From IMG/VR virus record IMGVR_UViG_3300027672_001796: DNA of 64,000 nt, one strand, 5' to 3'. How positions within the stretch are numbered: the first letter of the stretch is position 1; each line of letters opens with the position of its first letter. Below the pieces are notes generated by a model that did no database searches, was not told the origin of the DNA, and was given only the letters and a program-made list of their open reading frames with translations. Of the stretch, positions 18,575 to 27,421 are shown in pieces. This DNA comes from a virus. Lineage: Duplodnaviria > Caudoviricetes. The position numbers were made by a program, and so were the translations under genes.

Positions 18575-19299
18575 ATAATTTGCTTGTGAATGGTTGTAGT
18601 TATACAGCAGGGTCTGGTATGGCTGGCGGAGACAACAATATATCTCCGATAGTATGGTCAAATCATTTAGCAGACAGATTCGATACTGTAGATAATCTTG
18701 CAATGGGCGGAGAGAGTAATGATAGAATAGTACGAACTACATTAGACTTTTGTAATAATCACGATATGACAGACTATGCTGTGATTATACAATGGACGTC
18801 AGTATATAGATCAGAATATTGGAATGCAGAGAGGAAAGAATGGGTAAATGTTGTTGTAAATAATGGACTTCAGGGTGCAGACGAATGGACACTTAGTACA
18901 AACGAGGACACCGATGGCAGAATTAGAGATGCATACGATAAAGAAATGAAATGGCTAAATTCGCCAAATGATTATAATATTGCATACTATAATAACATAC
19001 TAATACTACAAAACTATTTCGAGTATATGGATATTCCATATATGTTTAGTTGTATGACATTACAAGACCATCCTTGCTGTGACCCAACATTAATGGATCT
19101 AATGCATCTATTAAATAGAACAACTACAGAAATAAATTTAAGAAGATTGATGGATAAAAGCAAATGGTCAGAATTATCACTTGCAAAGTACTCAGGCGAT
19201 AACTATATTAGCCAAGAAGATAGCCATCCAAACTTAAAAGGTAATAAATTAATAGCACAGGCTTTATATAAGGAGCTCATGGAAAAATATGGAAGATAA
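18571..19299 (+). CDS. SGNH-like protein, tandem paralog
   Basis: NGCSYTAG, NLAMGGESNDRI, IIQWT and DSHPNLKGN. Confidence 0.65.
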   Translation: MNNLLVNGCSYTAGSGMAGGDNNISPIVWSNHLADRFDTVDNLAMGGESNDRIVRTTLDFCNNHDMTDYAVIIQWTSVYRSEYWNAERKEWVNVVVNNGLQGADEWTLSTNEDTDGRIRDAYDKEMKWLNSPNDYNIAYYNNILILQNYFEYMDIPYMFSCMTLQDHPCCDPTLMDLMHLLNRTTTEINLRRLMDKSKWSELSLAKYSGDNYISQEDSHPNLKGNKLIAQALYKELMEKYGR

Positions 19300-20668
19300 C
19301 AACTACACACCCGAAATACAAGAACTATTTTTAAGGTTTATTGTCAGTGACCCTGAACTATTTGTAAGGGTAAACACTATTGTACGCCCTTATATGTTTG
19401 ATAAGAAGTTTCAAAAGACAATAACATTCCTTCAAGAGCATACAACTGAATATAATGCAATACCTACTATTGACCAAATAGAAGCGACAACTGGTTTATT
19501 ACTAGAGCGTGTTGAAGGCATTAGTGATAACCATACAGACTGGTTTCTTGATAGTTTAGAAAGATTTTGTAGACACAAAGCACTAGAAAAAGCAATCTTG
19601 GATAGCACGGACTTATTAGAAACGGGCGATTATGGTGCAGTAGAGAATAAAATTAAAGAAGCAACACAGGTTAGTCTCGTAAAAGACTTAGGTCTTGAAT
19701 ATTTTGAAAATCCTAAAGAAAGATTGGAATGGATTAGAGCCCAAAGTGGTGCAACAAGTAGTGGCTGGAAAATGTTTGACCAAAAGTTATATGGTGGCAT
19801 GAACAGAGGCGAGATTACAATCTTTGCTGGAGGATCTGGTGCAGGTAAAAGTTTGTTCTTGCAGAACTTAGGTGTTAACTGGGCATTAGCAGGACTTAAT
19901 GTTGTATACATTAGTTTAGAGCTTAGTGAACAACTTATTAGTATGCGTTTAGATGCAATGGTCAGTGAACATAGTACTAGAGACATCATGCGTAATATAG
20001 ATGATGTTGATTTAAAAGTAAGAATGAAAGGTAAGAGTGCAGGCAAGTTCCGTATTAAGCAAATGTCGAGTGGTATTAATGCAAACGATATTAGAGCATA
20101 CGTTAGAGAGTATGAAATCAACCATGATGTTAAAGTAGACTGTTTACTTGTAGATTATTTAGACTTGATGAGTCCTATTAGTACAAAAATTAGTGCTAAT
20201 GACCAGTTTATTAAAGACAAATATGTATCTGAAGAATTGCGTAACATTGCAATGGAAAGAAACATACTATTTGCAACAGCATCTCAGTTAAACAGAGGAG
20301 CAGTAGAAGAAATTGAATTTGACCACAGTCATATTGCTGGTGGTATTAGTAAAATCCAAACAGCAGATAATGTTGTGGGTATCTTTACTAGTAATGCTAT
20401 GAGAGAACGTGGCAGATATCAAATACAGTTTATGAAAACACGTTCTAGTAGTGGAGTGGGCAGTAAAGTAGATTTAAAGTTTAATCCAGACACTTTAAGA
20501 GTTACAGATTTAGATGAAGATGACGATGATGCACTAACAGTAACAACAAATAGCCTAGTTAATCAGCTAAAAAGAACCAATACTATTAAAACAGACGAGC
20601 CAGAAGCATCCAGCACAGTTAACGCGGCATTAAACATTAGAGAGTTCATGAAGAAAAATGATGTCTAA
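19289..20668 (+). CDS. replicative DnaB/gp41-type helicase
   Basis: GGSGAGKS, YISLEL, VDYLDLM, ASQLNR and QFMKTRSS. Confidence 0.93.
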   Translation: MEDNNYTPEIQELFLRFIVSDPELFVRVNTIVRPYMFDKKFQKTITFLQEHTTEYNAIPTIDQIEATTGLLLERVEGISDNHTDWFLDSLERFCRHKALEKAILDSTDLLETGDYGAVENKIKEATQVSLVKDLGLEYFENPKERLEWIRAQSGATSSGWKMFDQKLYGGMNRGEITIFAGGSGAGKSLFLQNLGVNWALAGLNVVYISLELSEQLISMRLDAMVSEHSTRDIMRNIDDVDLKVRMKGKSAGKFRIKQMSSGINANDIRAYVREYEINHDVKVDCLLVDYLDLMSPISTKISANDQFIKDKYVSEELRNIAMERNILFATASQLNRGAVEEIEFDHSHIAGGISKIQTADNVVGIFTSNAMRERGRYQIQFMKTRSSSGVGSKVDLKFNPDTLRVTDLDEDDDDALTVTTNSLVNQLKRTNTIKTDEPEASSTVNAALNIREFMKKNDV

Positions 20669-20700
20669 ATGATAAATATGACTATAACGAGAAATAATTT

Positions 20701-20949
20701 ATGAAAAAGTCAAGAAGTATATTAGAAGAATTGAACTCTATTAGCACAGATAGAAACAAGCACCACGTTTTGGAAAACAGAGTGGAGCACCTAGTTTCTA
20801 GTGCGGCTAACATTAAAGAGATATTATATTCTTTATACGAGGAAGATGTTGCATTGGATTTAGAACGTAGACTCATTAACAGCATTAAAAGTGGCGATCC
20901 TAAAAAATTCTCTCGAGGCATAAACAAAGCCACAAAAGAATCTAAATAA
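20701..20949 (+). CDS. conserved small protein
   Basis: 82 aa; RSILEELNSI and RRLINSIKSGDPKKF; downstream of ATAAATA. Confidence 0.7.
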   Translation: MKKSRSILEELNSISTDRNKHHVLENRVEHLVSSAANIKEILYSLYEEDVALDLERRLINSIKSGDPKKFSRGINKATKESK

Positions 20950-20959
20950 GAGAACTTGT

Positions 20960-22378
20960 ATGAAACTCGATGAACTAACTAATGCAGAGATGGTACCAGG
21001 CGGTGTAAAGGATCGTTTAGCAAGGAAGAAAGCGGCTAACCCGGCACCAGCACAACCCACAGCAGAACCAACACCAGAACCTACAGGGCCTACAGGCGCT
21101 CCAGCTGGAACAGTTGTTTCTCAATCAAACGGCGAATTTTATACTAAGTCTGCAGAAGGTACTTGGGCACAGTCCGATGAAAAAGGAACGTTAACTGGCA
21201 GACCAGCTGAAAATCCTAACAGTTCAATGGCGTTAGAATTAGAAAAGCAGTCAGCTCAAGCAGGCGTACAACAGCCAACAGCTACACCAACTGCTACAGC
21301 TACACCAACTGCTACAGCAACACCAACACCAACTGCTACAGCACCAGCAACACCGAGACCTATTAGAAAAGGTGAATTACTTAAAGCATCAGACGGCTTT
21401 GTATACGAGTGGCAAGGTGCTCAATGGATTAATCAAAGAAACGGCAGAATGGCAACAAAGGAAGTAGGAGCAGAACTTACAAAGAAAGCACAGCCAGTAC
21501 AACCTACAGCAACAGCACAACCTACAGCAACAGCACAACCTACAGCAACAGCACAACCTACAGCAACAGCGGCACCAGTACAACCTACAGCAACAGCGGC
21601 ACCAGTTGCCCCACAGAAACCAGTTGGCGGAGTTGTACCACAAGCACCATCAACAGCAGGTATGAGTAGAAGCGGAGCACCGCAGGCAGAAATTGATCCT
21701 AAAACAGGAGTTGTTGCCGCACCAGAGCCAGAAGGCGTAATGGATAAGATTAAACGTGGAGCTCAAGCAGTAGGCGATAAAATTGCAACAGCGGCAGGTG
21801 GACCATTAGCAAGTAAAACAAGACAAAATCCTAATGCAACACGTGGTCAAAAAATTGGCGCAACAGTTGGAGCAGGACTTGGACGAGCAATGTCAGGTGG
21901 AGCAAAAGCTATAGGTCAAATGATGAAAAAGAGAGGCGGACAAGCACCAGCACAAGGTCAAGCACAACCTAAAGCATTAAAGCCAGTCCCAGGGCCTACT
22001 ACAGCAGAACTAAAAAGTTTACAAAAAAGAACACTAGGTGGTGATTTAGAAGCTGGCAAACAATTAGTTGCAACATTAAGTAATTTAAAGAAAGGCGGAT
22101 ATGATGCTGATAACTTTATACAAGCCGCCGCACCAGTATTAAAGAAAGGTGGACTACCGCAATCAGATCCACAAGCATACACACATTTTACTAAACTTGC
22201 TAGAAGTATGAGAGCAGAAGCATACAAGCATGTTTGTAAGATATTAGAACATGCTGGAATTAGTTGGGCTGACTTAGGATATGAAGTATTACTTTCAGAA
22301 TCAGTTACATCACATGTGATGTTAATAGAAACAAAAGACATACAACTATACAACCTCAAAAAATTATCAGGCATTTAA
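20960..22378 (+). CDS. low-complexity Pro/Ala/Thr-rich putative internal head protein
   Basis: MKLDEL N-terminus; two short beta modules (FYTKSAEGTW, YEWQGAQWIN) separated by PTATA repeats. Confidence 0.7.
   Translation: MKLDELTNAEMVPGGVKDRLARKKAANPAPAQPTAEPTPEPTGPTGAPAGTVVSQSNGEFYTKSAEGTWAQSDEKGTLTGRPAENPNSSMALELEKQSAQAGVQQPTATPTATATPTATATPTPTATAPATPRPIRKGELLKASDGFVYEWQGAQWINQRNGRMATKEVGAELTKKAQPVQPTATAQPTATAQPTATAQPTATAAPVQPTATAAPVAPQKPVGGVVPQAPSTAGMSRSGAPQAEIDPKTGVVAAPEPEGVMDKIKRGAQAVGDKIATAAGGPLASKTRQNPNATRGQKIGATVGAGLGRAMSGGAKAIGQMMKKRGGQAPAQGQAQPKALKPVPGPTTAELKSLQKRTLGGDLEAGKQLVATLSNLKKGGYDADNFIQAAAPVLKKGGLPQSDPQAYTHFTKLARSMRAEAYKHVCKILEHAGISWADLGYEVLLSESVTSHVMLIETKDIQLYNLKKLSGI
21275..21355 (+). 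repeat. in-frame PTATAT tandem repeats
   Basis: Imperfect CCAACTGCTACAGCTACA-type units. Confidence 0.8.
21500..21607 (+). repeat. 18-nt in-frame tandem repeat (QPTATA)
   Basis: CAACCTACAGCAACAGCA three times exactly, then two ...GCG variants each followed by APV. Confidence 0.9.
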
Positions 22379-22379
22379 A

Positions 22380-23660
22380 ATGAATATTAATGAGATAGCA
22401 AAGCCTCTTATTACACAATTACTTACAGAGAGTCATTTTCAAGAAGGTAAGGAAGGTAAGAATACTCATTTAGAGCATTTAGAGGATAACATCTTTAACA
22501 AAGGATATCCCGGAGCCAAAGAAGCAGTAAATTATTTGTATAGTTTACATGATATGCTAGATGGCAAATCACAACAAGCAGTAAGCATGACAACTAAGTG
22601 GGACGGCGCTCCAGCCATTATTGCTGGCAAAGATCCAGCAACTGGTAAGTTCTTTGTAGGCACCAAAGGCGTATTTGCAAAAATTCCTAAAATGAATTTT
22701 ACCACTAACGACATCAAACTAAATCATCCTGGACAAGATGACCTGCAGAATAAATTAGCATTAGCATTAACTAAATTAAGTAAACTAACTTGGAATACAG
22801 TAGCACAGGGAGATTTTCTTTTTGCGAAAGACACTCTAAGTGAAAAAGAAATTGATGGAGAAAGTTATTTAATTTTTAAACCTAACACATTAGTATATGC
22901 TGTGCCTTCCCAAAGCGAACTGTCTAGTCAGATAGTAAAAAGTGATATAGGTATTGTTTGGCATACAGAATATGTAGGCGGTCCAACATTAGCAGACACT
23001 CAAGCAAAGTTTGGATTTGATAGTAGTGTATTAGGACAAGCACCTGGTGTTTGGCACAGAGATGCAATTATTAAAGACCTTAGTGGCACAGTTACATTTA
23101 CTGCTACTGAAAGTGCAGACATTATGTCGGCTATTGCTACAGCAGACCAGTACTTAAAAACTGTAGACCAGGATACATTTGCTTGGTTAGGACAGGGCAC
23201 AGACTTAGTAGGCAAAGAGTTCTTACAGCAATTAAAAGCACATGCAAACAATCAAGTAAGGCAAGGACATTTTGACGAACCTACTAAATTTGCACAAGGC
23301 TTTGTACAAAAATATATAGACTACATGACAAAAGAAATAGACAAAGTTAAAACACAAAAAAGTATCGATGCTAAAACAGAAAAAATGGTAGCAGGCGTTA
23401 AATTTATTAGAGAACATTTACAAAGTATTGTATCAGTGTATGACTTATATTTAAAACTTATTGAAGCAAAAATTAAAATAGTTAAGAAGCTAGAACAAAT
23501 CCGTGTAATGAATACATTTGTACCAACAGAAGATGGATATGAAGTAACAGGCGAAGAAGGCTTTGTTGCAGTTGACAGAATGGGCAATGCATTAAAACTG
23601 GTAGACAGATTAGAGTTTAGTAGACTTAACTTTGGATCAGGTAAACCTAGTGGAAAATAA
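22380..23660 (+). CDS. DUF6267-like conserved T4-type phage protein
   Basis: KNTHLEHLED, KWDGAPA, FFVGTK, QGDFLF, GEEGFVA and KLVDRLEFS. Confidence 0.65.
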   Translation: MNINEIAKPLITQLLTESHFQEGKEGKNTHLEHLEDNIFNKGYPGAKEAVNYLYSLHDMLDGKSQQAVSMTTKWDGAPAIIAGKDPATGKFFVGTKGVFAKIPKMNFTTNDIKLNHPGQDDLQNKLALALTKLSKLTWNTVAQGDFLFAKDTLSEKEIDGESYLIFKPNTLVYAVPSQSELSSQIVKSDIGIVWHTEYVGGPTLADTQAKFGFDSSVLGQAPGVWHRDAIIKDLSGTVTFTATESADIMSAIATADQYLKTVDQDTFAWLGQGTDLVGKEFLQQLKAHANNQVRQGHFDEPTKFAQGFVQKYIDYMTKEIDKVKTQKSIDAKTEKMVAGVKFIREHLQSIVSVYDLYLKLIEAKIKIVKKLEQIRVMNTFVPTEDGYEVTGEEGFVAVDRMGNALKLVDRLEFSRLNFGSGKPSGK

Positions 23661-24423
23661 TTTAGACTTAAAGTTAGTTAATAAAGAGTTATGTGAAAGC
23701 AAGTTATATAGATCAACGTCTGGCTTTAAAAGTCTGACAGGTAGAGATATTGCAGATTTATTTTATTTGCAAACACTAAGTCTTATAATGATGTATCAAG
23801 ATAACAAGCAACAGGACTATGCGTTAGTGTATGCAAGAAAAACATGCCAGTATGGACCCTATGCAGTTTTTAGAACAGCGGCAACTGACTTGTACATGTT
23901 AGGGTTTGCTATTAACAATCCTGACTACCAAAGTTTAAAGTTTAAAAGTAAAGATGTAAGTTTTTTAAATTCTTTACAATTCCAAAACAGAAAGCATTAT
24001 GCTTTTATGCAACGTGTACAACGACAGGGTCTTAGTAAAAGTGATATTACAACAACTCTGTTTAGGTTCGAATCACAATTACAAATTAAAAATCCAATAC
24101 TTAAACAGTTAAGACGATTAATTATAAGTTGGCCCAGTCTAAAATTTGCTCAACGACAGTTAGTTGTTAGTAAAATAATCCAGTTAATGAGATTAAAAGG
24201 AAGAGGCAGTGAGATATTTACTCAAGTAAGTTCAATGAGCTCTAGAAAGGAACTTAAACCTATACCAAAAACATCGACTCTTAAACGTGCCGCTGGTACG
24301 GCAGTTGGTGCCTATGCAGGAAGTAAAATCTTGCCAAGAGTATCAAGTAAAATATCATCTGTTTCAGGTGCCGGCATTGGCGCAATCGCAGGGTATTGGG
24401 CAAGTGGACGAAAAAAGGCATAA
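23632..24423 (+). CDS. putative virion protein
   Basis: LCESKLYR near the N-terminus and a C-terminal glycine-zipper-like region; located in the head module. Confidence 0.6.
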   Translation: MDQVNLVENNLDLKLVNKELCESKLYRSTSGFKSLTGRDIADLFYLQTLSLIMMYQDNKQQDYALVYARKTCQYGPYAVFRTAATDLYMLGFAINNPDYQSLKFKSKDVSFLNSLQFQNRKHYAFMQRVQRQGLSKSDITTTLFRFESQLQIKNPILKQLRRLIISWPSLKFAQRQLVVSKIIQLMRLKGRGSEIFTQVSSMSSRKELKPIPKTSTLKRAAGTAVGAYAGSKILPRVSSKISSVSGAGIGAIAGYWASGRKKA

Positions 24424-24425
24424 GG

Positions 24426-24432
24426 ATAAATA
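24426..24432 (+). promoter_or_regulatory. late promoter, leaderless type
   Basis: ATAAATA-N5-ATG (24438). Confidence 0.6.
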
Positions 24433-24437
24433 GTTGT

Positions 24438-24971
24438 ATGAAAATAAGTGAAATAGAAGCACCGGGCAAAACCTTAGACCAATTACATAAAGAATGGGTA
24501 GTAGCTTATAGTCCGGACGGTGCCACTCAAGCGAGGGTATGGTCACAGGCAATTAAAGCCCAGGCGGCTGGTATGGAACCAGCAAGAGCACATAATTCTG
24601 CATTGTCGGCTGTTAATAGTAGTAATGATCGCAGACAAGATAGGGCGTTAAACCAACGACAAGCTGATAGAAAAGACAAGCCGTTTGTTGGCGTACCAAT
24701 GAAGCAAAAAGGAACTCCACCCACTGCATCAGATTCACCCAAAACTAGAGGCGGACAAATAGGTAACCAAAATGCTTATAGAGGCGGCCCAAAAGCAAAA
24801 GCTGGTCCAGGCAAGAACGCGATTGACGTAATGAAAGACAAATGGGACGATTTCAACAAAGTTGATGGTTTAGCAGGCAAATCTGCCGCTAAAGGAAGTA
24901 TGATATCAAAATATCTCAATAAAGCCGCCGGCGAGATAGTAGCAATGGGTGATAGAGCCCGAAGGAAGTAA
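24438..24971 (+). CDS. putative internal head protein
   Basis: MKISEI N-terminus; basic and Gly/Ala-rich. Confidence 0.65.
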   Translation: MKISEIEAPGKTLDQLHKEWVVAYSPDGATQARVWSQAIKAQAAGMEPARAHNSALSAVNSSNDRRQDRALNQRQADRKDKPFVGVPMKQKGTPPTASDSPKTRGGQIGNQNAYRGGPKAKAGPGKNAIDVMKDKWDDFNKVDGLAGKSAAKGSMISKYLNKAAGEIVAMGDRARRK

Positions 24972-25057
24972 TACCTATTTAACTACAATAAAACACTCTT
25001 AAAATCTCCTATTTTGCATAAATAAACGTAACATTAACAAATTCTAGGAGAATTAAC

Positions 25058-25426
25058 ATGGCACAAACTCAAAACACAGGCGCCGCAGTAGCACCAGGTC
25101 ACTATAGTGGTCTTCCTCTTGCAGGCGTTCAAGTAGATTTCGGTGTTGACGTTTCAGCTAAATTGGCTGTAGGCGGAGCATTAGATATATTTTTAAAAGC
25201 AGTCGGTAACGAAGGCTTAACACCAGTAGCAGTTGGCACAGTCGACGCAACAGGTGGAGCAGGACAAGGACTTAAGGTTCTTTTCGAAGGCACACATGGA
25301 ACAGACAAATATGACGGAACTAACAGTGAAGCTCTAGCGGCTCATTTGGAAGACGTTGTAATTGCTCTTACAGACGCTGATGGCGTTACATGGGCTAACG
25401 TAACTGTTGTAGCATTTACTCTTTAA
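25058..25426 (+). CDS. small virion structural protein (capsid-decoration-like)
   Basis: Strong AGGAG SD, Ala/Gly/Val-rich, followed by its own terminator. Confidence 0.7.
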   Translation: MAQTQNTGAAVAPGHYSGLPLAGVQVDFGVDVSAKLAVGGALDIFLKAVGNEGLTPVAVGTVDATGGAGQGLKVLFEGTHGTDKYDGTNSEALAAHLEDVVIALTDADGVTWANVTVVAFTL

Positions 25427-25445
25427 GATTAAATCACAAACATTT

Positions 25446-25471
25446 AAAAAGCACCTTACGGTGCTTTTTTT
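25446..25471 (+). terminator. intrinsic terminator, potentially bidirectional
   Basis: AAAAA-GCACC-TTAC-GGTGC-TTTTTTT. Confidence 0.9.
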
Positions 25472-25606
25472 ATGAGTTTAACTTTATGCAACATACGAAT
25501 AAACTCTACATTTAGATAAATAAAAGTAACCAGAATACATATCTAATTTAATTTGGTAGTGGTACAAAGACCACAGATATGTAAATTTATAATTAGGAGT
25601 CATATT

Positions 25607-25936
25607 ATGGCATTAGTAAGAGTAGCAGGGGCAGGTTTTGCCCATGGAGTTTCATTTTCAACAGCACAAGTAACAGCGATCGAAATCGATGCAGGTGTAT
25701 CATTAGCGGCTAAAGACGGTTTAGGCGGAGCAGTAGAAAACATCGTATCAGAGTTTTCACCATTGCTTTACATCTCAACAGGCACAGCTGGTAAGATCTT
25801 TGCAATCGTTGACGGCGTTAATATTGACGCGGCATCATTGACAAAAAGATTACAAGCAAAGGGTACAATAGACGGTGTTAATTTATCAGCACAGACAGTT
25901 GTAATCCGCGATTTAGCTTCGTTCAGCGCCGCATAG
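25607..25936 (+). CDS. small virion structural protein, probable distant paralog
   Basis: AGGAG SD and ATG at 25607; Ala/Gly/Val-rich; own terminator. Confidence 0.7.
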   Translation: MALVRVAGAGFAHGVSFSTAQVTAIEIDAGVSLAAKDGLGGAVENIVSEFSPLLYISTGTAGKIFAIVDGVNIDAASLTKRLQAKGTIDGVNLSAQTVVIRDLASFSAA

Positions 25937-25993
25937 TAGTTTAAAAATATCCTAACTACCTTAGGTTCGTGACAACGGAAGGCGTCACATTTT

Positions 25994-26021
25994 AAAAGCA
26001 CTCTTAGGAGTGCTTTTTTTT
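25994..26021 (+). terminator. intrinsic terminator, potentially bidirectional
   Basis: AAAA-GCACTC-TTAG-GAGTGC-TTTTTTTT. Confidence 0.9.
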
Positions 26022-26090
26022 GAATATAATTTCTGTATAGTAAAAACTGATAAAGTGATAAATAGTTGTAAGAATACACAGGAGACATAC

Positions 26091-26495
26091 ATGAGTTTAA
26101 TAAGAGGTGGGGCAATGGGCTCCGTAGAAGCACTAACAGGTAATATAGAATTTTTTACTTTGTTTACTTCAATTGACATAACTGTAACCGGTGATTATGA
26201 CGATAACACTCAAAAAGATTTTGAAAGTGTTGTACAAGTAATAGGATTAAGGGCAATGCCTGTAGTGATGAATAATCCTGTAGCACTAAATGGAGTTGGT
26301 ACAAACTTATTACAAACTTATGGAGCACCAACTATGACAGGTGCCGGGTGGATATTTAAATTTGCTACAGAAGTGCCACATGCACATACTGTTGCAACTT
26401 TAGTTAATGAACTTAACGGCATAGTGCTTAACAGCGGAACATTAGATACAACGGGCACCATAAACATGGAGTTCACTAAACAGGATTTATTATAA
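26091..26495 (+). CDS. small virion structural protein
   Basis: Late promoter ATAAATA (26058-64), AGGAG SD and ATG at 26091. Confidence 0.7.
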   Translation: MSLIRGGAMGSVEALTGNIEFFTLFTSIDITVTGDYDDNTQKDFESVVQVIGLRAMPVVMNNPVALNGVGTNLLQTYGAPTMTGAGWIFKFATEVPHAHTVATLVNELNGIVLNSGTLDTTGTINMEFTKQDLL

Positions 26496-26496
26496 A

Positions 26497-26748
26497 ATGG
26501 CTAAGAAACTAGACCCAGATGCAGTACCAGAGATACAAGTGTACGCAGATAAAGAAAATTTAGAAGCTCATATCATTGCTGATATGCTTCGGATAGAAAG
26601 TATTACTACAGAACTTAGAGAGTTTAAAGTAGATACTAAAGAAAGATTAAATAAAATTGAAAATTGGGTACTAGCAATTGTTGGTACTACATTTACAACA
26701 TTAGTTACTATTGTAATTGCAATAGGCGTTACTTTGGCAGGTGGCTAA
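26497..26748 (+). CDS. small coiled-coil protein with C-terminal transmembrane helix
   Basis: ERLNKIENWVLAIVGTTFTTLVTIVIAIGV. Confidence 0.7.
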   Translation: MAKKLDPDAVPEIQVYADKENLEAHIIADMLRIESITTELREFKVDTKERLNKIENWVLAIVGTTFTTLVTIVIAIGVTLAGG

Positions 26749-27122
26749 TGAGAATACATGAATATATGAATCCAAGTGATGAGATAACATTAGAAGAAGG
26801 ACAATGTTTTCATGAAGAGTTTGGAGTATTAGCGTATAGCGAGTGCGAAGAAAACGTATTCGAAGCAGAATATCAAGGTCGTAAGGTTAAACTAAACAAG
26901 CCTATGCAAGGCGATTCTAAAAAGTTTAAAGTTTATGTCAAAGATCCTAAAACAGGTAATGTTAAAAAAGTAAACTTTGGACAAGGTGGTGACGCTAAAG
27001 GCGGCACAATGCGTATCAGAAAATCCAATCCAAAAGCAAGAAAAAGTTTTAGAGCAAGACACAATTGCGAGAATCCAGGACCAAAAACAAAAGCCAGGTA
27101 CTGGTCATGCAGGAAATGGTAA
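26748..27122 (+). CDS. conserved basic phage head-associated protein
   Basis: KVYVKDPKTGNVKKVNFG...RKSFRARHNC...ARYWSCRKW; real start at 26748 (MRIHEY). Confidence 0.75.
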   Translation: MRIHEYMNPSDEITLEEGQCFHEEFGVLAYSECEENVFEAEYQGRKVKLNKPMQGDSKKFKVYVKDPKTGNVKKVNFGQGGDAKGGTMRIRKSNPKARKSFRARHNCENPGPKTKARYWSCRKW

Positions 27123-27123
27123 A

Positions 27124-27420
27124 ATGCGATTAGAAGAAATTACAGAAGAATCGATTGTCGAAGCCAGAATGGTTTGGCGCAAAATGGGTAATAAAGTTAA
27201 ACGTGCCGTAAGATGTACTAGTGGCAGACGTAAAGGTAGAGTAGTATCTAATGCGGCTCAATGTCATAAACCAGTAGATATTAAAAAACGTATGGTATTA
27301 AGACGAACCAAAGCCAAGATGGGTGCTAGGATGTCTAGAAAGTCACAAAGATCAAAAAGAATGAATCCAGCTAGTAGAAGGCTAAAAACATTAAACAAAT
27401 CAAGTAATAGAAGAAGGTAA
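27124..27420 (+). CDS. highly basic small protein, putative internal/DNA-binding head protein
   Basis: MRLEEITEE leader followed by a K/R-rich body with two Cys. Confidence 0.75.
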   Translation: MRLEEITEESIVEARMVWRKMGNKVKRAVRCTSGRRKGRVVSNAAQCHKPVDIKKRMVLRRTKAKMGARMSRKSQRSKRMNPASRRLKTLNKSSNRRR

Positions 27421-27421
27421 T

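Noticed and set aside
21500-21607. CRISPR array or DGR repeat
   Set aside because: The units are contiguous, in frame and have no unique spacers; no cas or reverse transcriptase gene is in the window.
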